Shown here: in pieces, positions 57,075 to 64,000 of the stretch
Numbering within the stretch: the stretch's first letter is position 1
Layout of the letters: each line of letters starts with the position of its first letter
Assembly: GCA_945870145.1 (NCBI GenBank)
Contig: CAMBQV010000001.1
Span: 495-64,494 of the forward strand
Length of the DNA stretch: 64,000 nucleotides
DNA from: Akkermansia muciniphila
GTDB lineage: Bacteria; Verrucomicrobiota; Kiritimatiellia; RFP12; UBA1067
Direction of reading: 5' to 3'
The notes under the pieces: generated by a model
Databases searched by the model: none
Told to the model about the DNA's origin: nothing
The model's input: only the letters and a program-made list of their open reading frames with translations
Made by a program: the position numbers and the translations under genes

Positions 57075-60015
57075 AGATCTTCTTTCCGGTTCGAATAGCT
57101 TCATAGATTTTACTTTCAGCCGCAAGCCGTTCCTGATAACGGCGCTCACGCACCAGATCCGCTTCACAAGGCTGAAAGCCAGGTGCGTCAGCATCTGGCT
57201 TTTCGGCGAGACGCTTTTTGCCTTCGCTGATCAATGCGACAGCTTTCTTGTAGTTTTCGGAAAGTGGATCCATCTTGCCAAGCATGCGGCTCTTCTCCGA
57301 ACGCGTAAAGCTGATTTGTGAACGCTGCCGCGCACCATGACTGCCGGCAACCTTGCCACCTGTCAATCCTGAAAGGGTTTTGAGCTCACCACCCGTGAGT
57401 GGTGAACGGCCCCCCGGATTGCTCGGATAGGCACACTCATAGCGCGGATAGTAGGGCGCATTGATATCTACCCACGTAATAAGCCGGTCCATCTCCTCTG
57501 TCGACAACTTCACACCGTGATGACCCTTCTTCAGTACCTGAATCAGCGGCGAGAGGTGACTACCCCAACTGTAGGCTTCCTGAAGTTCAGCGAGTCCGCC
57601 CCCTACACACTTGACCATGTTCAAGGCCCAGAGATCCACATACGAGGTGGCAAAATAGACATCGCGATCCCCTGCGAGGTTGAGTTTTTCGCCTTCCTTC
57701 TTTCCATAGTCGTGACAAGTGATGCAGTGCTTGTTGAAGACAGGCTGGACCTCCTGCTGAAAACTGAAGAGGCGTGCGGGTCCGTACCACCCATTCAACT
57801 GATCCGCTTTGCGTGACAACGCCTTGGGCTTCTGCTTCACGGGCGGAATATCCCCTACTCGGTTCTCATGGCAACCCACACAGCCGTAGGTCTCGCCGGG
57901 TTGCACATAGATGCCTGAGCGCATAGACTGGATCAGCATGCCATCCTTGTCGAGCGCCTGAAAGTAAAGGTAAGTGTTGCCGGGTGCTGCGAAATAGGCG
58001 CTGCCATCGGCCTCCACAGGCACTATCCCTAAGATCCGCTTATTCTCAAAACTATGCCAGTTCATGGCGGCTGCCTGCGCTCCTTGCCCTCCCCAATCGC
58101 CCTGAGACCAGCTACGTTTCTCAGGGGATTCGACCACGCGTAAAAATTTAATCGCCCCTGGCTCTACACCCTTCATATGTGTCCCGATGGCCGCATTCTG
58201 AACATAAAAATAACCCGCTCCATTTACATCGGAGAAATTACGGCGCGTCGGTTGCACAGCCGGCTTTTTGCGCGGACGTATCGGCATCGGGTCATAGCAG
58301 CCGGGAGCTTCCGCAACCACCAACACCTCATTGCCATGGAGGTCTAAATAATAGATGCCCATCTCCTCGCCCTTGCCCGTCATACGGGAACAGAGAAAAT
58401 GTTCATCATCTAAAGGGATGGGGTCTTCGTATTTAATCTTGAGCCTGCCTGGCGAATCAAAGTTCTGTCCCTTCGTCGAGATCTGTTCGCGAAACTCAAC
58501 CGGCCATGTCCTGAGTACAGGCTCCTTGCCGTCCACACCCTTTGAACGGTCAATGAGGCCCAAGGCGCCCCAGGGACGGTCATGGCAAGCCGCAAGGACT
58601 GCGATACAGAGATTGGCCTTTGAAAGGGTCCGCGCATCAATCACGCCGCCGGGGCTTGTGGTGTTGTTGCCCCAATAAATGGCATGGCCTGTTCCATCCG
58701 GGTTGCAGACCCAAAGCCCCTGGGCGTCCCCGAAGTTGCGATCTACATACTCCCAACGGTCATAGAGGATACGTCCATCGGGCATTACGGAGGAATGACC
58801 CTCAAACAAGGTGGACTTTCCGATCTGGTGGATGTTTGCACCGTCTGGCTCCATGCGATAGAGATTGCACATGATGTGGCGGTTGCACATGCAATATTTG
58901 GGTTCACGCGAGCTGGAGAAGAGGATGTGGCCGTCCTGCAACCAAATCGGATCAATATCCGAGACTTGCGGCTTCGAGGTGAGCTGTTTTGCCTCCGGCT
59001 TCTCAAGTGAAAGCGTATAGATGTGATAATCATCTGTCACGCTCTTGCGCATTGAAAAGACAACCTTCTTCGCATCAAAGTCCACGTCCGGGTCACGGAC
59101 CGTCATTCCTTTGCCTGGCGCAAACAGTGTTGTGACCATGTTGGAGCGCACATCCAGAATCTTCAAGGCGCCCTCGGTATCATATTTTGGGGTATTGATC
59201 TCCTGAGTCTGAAACATCGTCTCGGTATTGTGATGATCGGAACGATACTGTTTGCGTGTGACAAAGAGGATGGGGGCACTATTGACAATCGGATTCAGCG
59301 TCACAAGCGCCTTGCGCTGGAAAGACGCGAGGTCCTGGGTCGTCTCCAACTCCTGAAGCAGTTGAGCAGCAGGATACTGCGGATAGAGCCGTCCCAACTC
59401 CTCAATCGCGGCCTTCGTCGGCGCCAAGACCTTGGCACTCAAGGCAGCCTTCTGCTGGGCAACGCGCTCCGCCATCTGGGTCGCATCAACTTTTCCGGAG
59501 CAGGTGATGTCATCCACGATAATATGTCCCCACCCTCCTGTAGCATGATCGACGACGCGGAAAAAGAGCGGCTTGCCCAGAGCTTCAGCCGGTACTGTCC
59601 AGCTGACCTGCTCCATCACCTGGTTGTCTTTACCACGGGCATAGAGGATCTCCTTTCCGTCGCTCGTGCAGAGCGCCACATAGACCTCCTGAGCGCTCCC
59701 CCCGCACACGCGCAACTTAACCGTGGGCGAATCGAGCATGACGATTGGCGATTCAATGATGCCCGTAAAGTCATCACTAGGGCCGTTCTGTGTATCCAAG
59801 GTCGAGAGAAAATAGGTGCCGGCCTTACCAAAAGGCGTTGCAGTCTGGTACTGCGTCTTGCGGTCGCTGATCAACTTGCCAAAACTCCCCTCAACAATCT
59901 GCCAACCCTGCAAATCGCCAGTCTCAAAACTAAAGTTTACCTCCGCTGCGCTGCAGACCTGCGCGAGGCAAAACAAGACGCTCATGGCCAGTACCACTTT
60001 TTTCATAAGTAACAT
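57055..60015 (-). CDS. secreted multidomain protein: N-terminal ConA-like/LamG-like domain, TolB/PD40-like beta-propeller region, C-terminal di-heme cytochrome c region (two CXXCH; PSCyt1-like)
   Basis: Signal peptide MLLMKKVVLAMSVLFCLAQVCSA. CVGCHENRVGD and CITCHDYGKKEGEKLNLAGD, the latter matching the Planctomycete cytochrome C (PSCyt1) CxxCH...L.L.D pattern. Propeller-like repeats DGHILFSSSRE and DGRILYDRWE. Confidence 0.6.
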   Translation of the reverse strand: MLLMKKVVLAMSVLFCLAQVCSAAEVNFSFETGDLQGWQIVEGSFGKLISDRKTQYQTATPFGKAGTYFLSTLDTQNGPSDDFTGIIESPIVMLDSPTVKLRVCGGSAQEVYVALCTSDGKEILYARGKDNQVMEQVSWTVPAEALGKPLFFRVVDHATGGWGHIIVDDITCSGKVDATQMAERVAQQKAALSAKVLAPTKAAIEELGRLYPQYPAAQLLQELETTQDLASFQRKALVTLNPIVNSAPILFVTRKQYRSDHHNTETMFQTQEINTPKYDTEGALKILDVRSNMVTTLFAPGKGMTVRDPDVDFDAKKVVFSMRKSVTDDYHIYTLSLEKPEAKQLTSKPQVSDIDPIWLQDGHILFSSSREPKYCMCNRHIMCNLYRMEPDGANIHQIGKSTLFEGHSSVMPDGRILYDRWEYVDRNFGDAQGLWVCNPDGTGHAIYWGNNTTSPGGVIDARTLSKANLCIAVLAACHDRPWGALGLIDRSKGVDGKEPVLRTWPVEFREQISTKGQNFDSPGRLKIKYEDPIPLDDEHFLCSRMTGKGEEMGIYYLDLHGNEVLVVAEAPGCYDPMPIRPRKKPAVQPTRRNFSDVNGAGYFYVQNAAIGTHMKGVEPGAIKFLRVVESPEKRSWSQGDWGGQGAQAAAMNWHSFENKRILGIVPVEADGSAYFAAPGNTYLYFQALDKDGMLIQSMRSGIYVQPGETYGCVGCHENRVGDIPPVKQKPKALSRKADQLNGWYGPARLFSFQQEVQPVFNKHCITCHDYGKKEGEKLNLAGDRDVYFATSYVDLWALNMVKCVGGGLAELQEAYSWGSHLSPLIQVLKKGHHGVKLSTEEMDRLITWVDINAPYYPRYECAYPSNPGGRSPLTGGELKTLSGLTGGKVAGSHGARQRSQISFTRSEKSRMLGKMDPLSENYKKAVALISEGKKRLAEKPDADAPGFQPCEADLVRERRYQERLAAESKIYEAIRTGKKIYDGDKQ

Positions 60016-60097
60016 CCTCTTTTATTGATGAAAAGATGGTACACCGATTACTCTAAGAATTCAAGCGGATTTTTGTCTCAAGACGAATCAAATATCA

Positions 60098-61160
60098 CGT
60101 CTGATCGATTGAGCGACTGAACGATTGAACGAGGAAACCCAAACTGGCGGCCTTGGACCAAGGAACAGCCGACCTACTTTGTTTCCACATTGCGAAGGCC
60201 GTTGCACTGAGGATATTTTGAGCACCCCCAGAATTCGCCTCCCGCATTCTTGCCGGCTTTTGCTTTCCGCTTACGCATGGGCGCTCCACACTCTGGACAC
60301 ACAGGCGCCGCCTCCTGACCAGCCAAGTTCTGACGGCGAGCCACCGAAAGCTTCTCCCTAAAGCCACCCTCTTCCCTAAATGTTTTCCCTAATGATTCGA
60401 GTTGCCGATTGAGCATCGTAATAGCTCGCTCGATCATAATGAGCAAAGCATTTGCAACCACCACATCATCTTCCGCATCTAACCACTGGACAAATTTCTT
60501 TCTCTGCGTAAGAACATGCCGGCAAGCATCGTGTAGCACATCATCGCCATACTCGGCTCGGTCGAGCTTGAGTGAAAAGACCTGCCTCGACATCTCCGTT
60601 TGCTTAGACCACGGCACCTGATTGAGTTTCATCAACCAGTTTAAGTAATCACCCTGTAACTCTGCAAAGGATGCACGGGCTACATCAATTAATTTCATCT
60701 CACTTTCCTTAGATGTCATGCCACGTGAAGAACCTTCTGCAATATTTGCCACACCTGAGCGCGCAGCTTGCGTCATCTGATCGTATTGCCGTCCTTTCGG
60801 ATCACTTTTGAATGTCAGGAAAGTTTCACAAAAGCGTTGTGTTCCCAACTGAATGAGGTTGGCCATCACCCATGAGTCGAGCCTGAAATGGCCGACCGTG
60901 CCGCCGAACATGCCCATTGTCACTCCTTATTTTCGACTGACCGATTAAACGACTGATCGATTGAACGGAACGACCCACGCTCCGTTTTTCGCTCTTTTTT
61001 CGAAGTATTTCAAAAGCTCGCACTTCAGACAAGCCCATTTTTATGTTCACTCGTCTTTAGCGCGTATTTCCTTAATCGTTCAGTCGATCAGCCATTCAGT
61101 CGATCAGTCGTCTCCCTCACACTCGTTCAGTCGCTCACTCGATCAATCGTTCAGTCGCTA
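60098..61160. mobile_element. IVS-like hairpin element: CGATTGAACGACTGA-family inverted arms (60098-60132 and 61074-61160, extra direct copy 60926-60968) enclosing a four-helix-bundle plus zinc-ribbon gene
   Basis: cgtctgatcgattgagcgactgaacgattgaacgag pairs with aatcgttcagtcgatcagccattcagtcgatcagtcg...cgatcaatcgttcagtcgc. Confidence 0.45.
60174..60923 (-). CDS. four helix bundle protein (Avd / 23S-IVS protein family) fused to C-terminal topoisomerase-type C4 zinc ribbon
   Basis: QMTQAARSGVANIAEGSSRGMTSKESEMKLIDVARASFAELQGD matches the 4HB ANIAEG motif. C-terminus CPECGAPMRKRKAKAGKNAGGEFWGCSKYPQCNG matches the zf-C4_Topoisom pattern. Confidence 0.7.
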   Translation of the reverse strand: MTMGMFGGTVGHFRLDSWVMANLIQLGTQRFCETFLTFKSDPKGRQYDQMTQAARSGVANIAEGSSRGMTSKESEMKLIDVARASFAELQGDYLNWLMKLNQVPWSKQTEMSRQVFSLKLDRAEYGDDVLHDACRHVLTQRKKFVQWLDAEDDVVVANALLIMIERAITMLNRQLESLGKTFREEGGFREKLSVARRQNLAGQEAAPVCPECGAPMRKRKAKAGKNAGGEFWGCSKYPQCNGLRNVETK

Positions 61161-61240
61161 TTTCACCTTCTTTTTACTCGCCTTCAAAAGCCCTTTCGTC
61201 TTATACTAAGCTCTTATTATTTAACAAGGGAGTCACACTT

Positions 61241-62587
61241 ATGAAGAGTTCACGTCGCACATTTCTAAAGACAGCCGGGGCAGCCATCACATTCCCGACG
61301 ATTATTCCTTCCCATGTCTTAGGGGAGAATGCACCTAGCAAGACGATTGCGCTCGGCCAGATCGGGTGCGGACGCATTGCACGCGACATGGACATCTCGG
61401 GCCTCATGAAGTGCAAAGGTGCCCGTTACGTCGCTGTGGCAGACTGTGACATCACTCGCGCAAATCTGGCGAAGACGCTCACCAAGTGCGAGAAGTCCTA
61501 TCAGGACTACCGCGAGCTCATCGCCGACAAGAGCATTGACGCTGTCGTGATCTCGACGCCCGACCATTGGCATGCACAGCCTGCTATCGAAGCCTCCTTC
61601 GCCAAGAAGGATGTCTACATGCAGAAGCCCACCTCCCTCACCATTGACGAGGGACGTTGTTTCGCGAACGCCATGGCACTTAACAAAACCGTCTTCCAGC
61701 TCGGTTCCCAACAACGCTCCACCTCGCAATTCCAACGCGCCTGCACCCTGGTGCGCAATGGCCGTCTGGGCAAGGTCCACACGATTGAGATCGGACTCCC
61801 TGGCGACCCCGGTGGTGGCAAGACGGATAAGATGGCTGTCCCTGAAAATCTGAACTATGATTTGTGGCTCGGCTCGACACCTGATGTGTTCTACACAGAA
61901 GATCGCGTCCATCCGCAAAAGGGATTCAGCCGTCCCGGCTGGCTTCGTTGCGAGCAGTTCGGCGCCGGCATGATCACAGGCTGGGGCTCCCACCATCTCG
62001 ACATCGCTCACTGGGGTATGGGCTGGGAAGCCATGGGACCTGTCACCATTGAGGGCAAGGGCGTGTTTCATACAACAGGCCTTTGGAATGTACATGGCGA
62101 TTATGATATCACCATGACCTATCCTGGGGACGTGAAGATGCATATCTGGGAGAAGTTCCCGAACGGCATCCGCTTCATCGGCGAAAAGGGCTGGATCTTT
62201 GTAAGCCGCGGTGGTGCAAAGATGACGGCCTCTGATCCGACCTCTCCGGGCAAGGCGCTCAAGGCTCTTGATGCCAGCGATCCAAGTCTCCTCGCCAGCG
62301 ATCCCGCCTCGGAACTGATCAAGCTCAACTGTTGGAGTGGTATTCACCAGCAGAACTGGGTCAACTGCATCAAGACCCGTGAAGAGAGCAACGTTCCCGC
62401 CGAGACAGCTCATCGCTCCTGCTCGGCTTGCCTAGTCGCCCATATCGGCATGAAGCTGGGACGCAAACTGACCTGGGATTACAAGACCGAGACCTTTGTC
62501 GGCGATGAAGCGGCCAACAAGCTGCTCAAGCGCGAAGAACGTGCCCCCTACGGCGCACGCCGCGCCTTTGAGAGACTTTCCTCTTAG
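61241..62587 (+). CDS. Gfo/Idh/MocA family oxidoreductase with Tat signal
   Basis: SRRTFLKTAGAAITFP Tat motif; STPDHWH, GSQQRS, IGLPGD and GSHHLDIAHW blocks. Confidence 0.8.
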   Translation: MKSSRRTFLKTAGAAITFPTIIPSHVLGENAPSKTIALGQIGCGRIARDMDISGLMKCKGARYVAVADCDITRANLAKTLTKCEKSYQDYRELIADKSIDAVVISTPDHWHAQPAIEASFAKKDVYMQKPTSLTIDEGRCFANAMALNKTVFQLGSQQRSTSQFQRACTLVRNGRLGKVHTIEIGLPGDPGGGKTDKMAVPENLNYDLWLGSTPDVFYTEDRVHPQKGFSRPGWLRCEQFGAGMITGWGSHHLDIAHWGMGWEAMGPVTIEGKGVFHTTGLWNVHGDYDITMTYPGDVKMHIWEKFPNGIRFIGEKGWIFVSRGGAKMTASDPTSPGKALKALDASDPSLLASDPASELIKLNCWSGIHQQNWVNCIKTREESNVPAETAHRSCSACLVAHIGMKLGRKLTWDYKTETFVGDEAANKLLKREERAPYGARRAFERLSS

Positions 62588-62620
62588 CATCCGAATAGCA
62601 CGAACCACACGAATGAAAAA

Positions 62621-62660
62621 CATCGAACATTCAACATTGAACGTTGAACGTTGAACTTTT
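62621..62660. repeat. tandem (CA)TTGAACG units
   Basis: catcgaacattcaacattgaacgttgaacgttgaac; related to the repeats flanking the 60174-60923 gene. Confidence 0.4.
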
Positions 62661-62676
62661 AATAGGCAATTCTCTT

Positions 62677-63711
62677 ATGACACAGACACACTGGGAACAA
62701 CTCATCGCCGTGGTCAACGGACAACGGCTTGATAAACCGCTCTGCGGGTTCATCGCGGACAGCCCCTGGCTGCCAGGATGGACCAAGAAATATTCGATCC
62801 TCGACTACTTCACCTCGGACGAGATCTGGTTCAAGACAAACCTTGAAGCCATCAAGACCTTTCCCGACGCGATCTTCCTGCCGGGCTTCTGGTCCGAGTA
62901 TGGGATGTGCACGGAACCTTCCGCCTTTGGTTCGAAGCTGATCTGGCATGAGAACGAACTGCCCTTTGCCGCACCGATCGCCCCTCCTGGCGAGAAGGCA
63001 CTCGTTCTTGAAAAGCCGGATGTGACCTCCTCAGGGCTCCTGCCCTTCGCCCTGCGTCGCTTGGTGCGGATGCGTCCTGCTATCGAGGCTGAGGGACATG
63101 CCATACGCTTCGCCGTGGCGCGGGGTCCGCTCAACATCGCCTCCTTCCTCATGGGTACGACTGAGTTTCTGATGGCGATGCAGTTTGATCCTGAAGGCAC
63201 GCATGCCATGCTCAATGTGATTACAGCCTTCCTCGAGGATTGGCTGAAGCTTCAGGCCAAGAGCATCCCGACGATCAAAGGCACGATGTTGCTGGATGAT
63301 ATTGTCGGCTTCCTCGGACCAGAAGATGTCGAGACCTTTGCGGTCCCCTACCTGAAGCGCGCCTTTGCCGCAATTGACAGTGACGTACGGCTCTTCCACA
63401 ACGATGCGAACGGCACGAGCTGCGCGTCGCAAATGGGCGGCTGCGGCATCAACCTCTTCAACTTCGCCTTTGACCATCCCATCCAGGAGATGCGCGAATG
63501 GGTCGGTCCGAAGGTGTCGCTGCTCGGCAACATCCCGCCCCGGGACGTGCTGGCCGCAGGAACACCTGAGGATGTGCGCAAGGCAGTGGCAGCGATGAAG
63601 ACCGCACTGGGCAACGACTATTCCCGCGTGATCTTCTCCTGTGGCGGCGGCATTCCGCCAAATGTCTCTACTGCGAACATGAACGCCTTCCTCGCGGAAT
63701 CTATGTTGTAG
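62677..63711 (+). CDS. conserved hypothetical protein (possibly URO-D/MtaA-like TIM-barrel; function unresolved)
   Basis: 345-aa ORF with strong coding periodicity; no canonical HemE PVWxMRQAGR motif seen. The track ORF starts at 62644 inside the repeat. Confidence 0.4.
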   Translation: MTQTHWEQLIAVVNGQRLDKPLCGFIADSPWLPGWTKKYSILDYFTSDEIWFKTNLEAIKTFPDAIFLPGFWSEYGMCTEPSAFGSKLIWHENELPFAAPIAPPGEKALVLEKPDVTSSGLLPFALRRLVRMRPAIEAEGHAIRFAVARGPLNIASFLMGTTEFLMAMQFDPEGTHAMLNVITAFLEDWLKLQAKSIPTIKGTMLLDDIVGFLGPEDVETFAVPYLKRAFAAIDSDVRLFHNDANGTSCASQMGGCGINLFNFAFDHPIQEMREWVGPKVSLLGNIPPRDVLAAGTPEDVRKAVAAMKTALGNDYSRVIFSCGGGIPPNVSTANMNAFLAESML

Positions 63712-64000
63712 CAGGCCCTAATCCAGAAGAGATTATACCGCCCCCCAGAAGGCAGTCGCCGTCGTAGAGGACGAGGGACTGGCCGGGGGTGATGCCGAAG
63801 ACGGGCTCGGCGAAGCGGACGCTGACGTGGTCGGCCTCCTGTTTTTCCAGGATCGCGGAGACGGGTTTCTGGCGATAGCGGACTTGGGCCATCAGGGCTG
63901 TCCCGGGGGGCGGGGGTTCGCATTGCCAGAGGAAGTCGTTTGCCGTGCAGGCACTGCCCATGACCGCATCGGGTCGGCTGCTGATGACAATGGTTCCGGT
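63701..64000 (-). CDS. mnmA: tRNA 2-thiouridine(34) synthase MnmA, C-terminal part (gene continues beyond window end)
   Basis: C-terminus VRYRQKPVSAILEK...VRFAEPVFGITPGQSLVLYDGDCLLGGGII is collinear with the E. coli MnmA C-terminus (TRYRQ...[29 protein letters not shown]). Confidence 0.8.
   Translation of the reverse strand, partial: TGTIVISSRPDAVMGSACTANDFLWQCEPPPPGTALMAQVRYRQKPVSAILEKQEADHVSVRFAEPVFGITPGQSLVLYDGDCLLGGGIISSGLGPATT

Noticed and set aside
61319-62413. 364-aa minus-strand ORF
   Set aside because: Antisense to the third Gfo/Idh/MocA gene, which has Tat signal and conserved blocks.

Overview
This 64 kb window is dense chromosomal sequence at about 55% GC. It most likely comes from an anaerobic, glycan-degrading member of the PVC superphylum (Verrucomicrobiota, Kiritimatiellota or Lentisphaerota); that placement is an inference from gene content. 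The supporting genes are three Tat-signal Gfo/Idh/MocA oxidoreductase paralogs, a sulfatase, a PATR-repeat autotransporter-like giant protein, a Planctomycete-type cytochrome c protein, a GH29 fucosidase, and pyruvate formate-lyase plus PFOR plus 2-oxoacid:ferredoxin oxidoreductase.

Gene content, in order along the window:
- Housekeeping genes at the left end: metK (partial), a PflX-like radical SAM, yebC, an LptF/LptG permease, yicC, a korDAB(G) operon, a DinG-family helicase and an atypical Fic protein.
- An rny-ymdB-xseA-arfB cluster.
- pflB-pflA, a Ca-type P-type ATPase, cstA, and a PFOR gene (nifJ-like).
- A roughly 17 kb minus-strand glycan-utilisation cluster from 36.7 to 53.0 kb. It holds a eukaryote-type xylulokinase, a second FGGY kinase, a GH29 fucosidase, an unassignable 820-aa lipoprotein, a GH95-like protein with a LamG insert, a beta-helix plus malectin protein and a PATR giant. 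A divergent XylR-like regulator and a small SemiSWEET-like membrane protein sit beside it.
- deoC, an SDR, an IclR regulator, a secreted ConA-like plus beta-propeller plus di-heme (CXXCH x2) protein, a third Gfo/Idh/MocA gene and mnmA (partial).

The most unusual content is non-coding. Many intergenic regions carry hairpins whose two arms are built from family-specific short tandem repeats (units GCAGTNGCAGT, GGAATAG, CGATTGAACGACTGA, CCACAAAG, TTGCCTTATTGC). Two of these hairpins enclose four-helix-bundle genes (23S-rRNA-IVS protein / DGR Avd family), and one of those genes is fused to a topoisomerase-type C4 zinc ribbon. This looks like a family of IVS-like elements.

There is also a roughly 240-bp MITE-like composite element with about 25-bp terminal inverted repeats and a conserved 60-nt hairpin module. 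It is present twice, each time between convergent gene ends.

No rRNA, tRNA or CRISPR was found.
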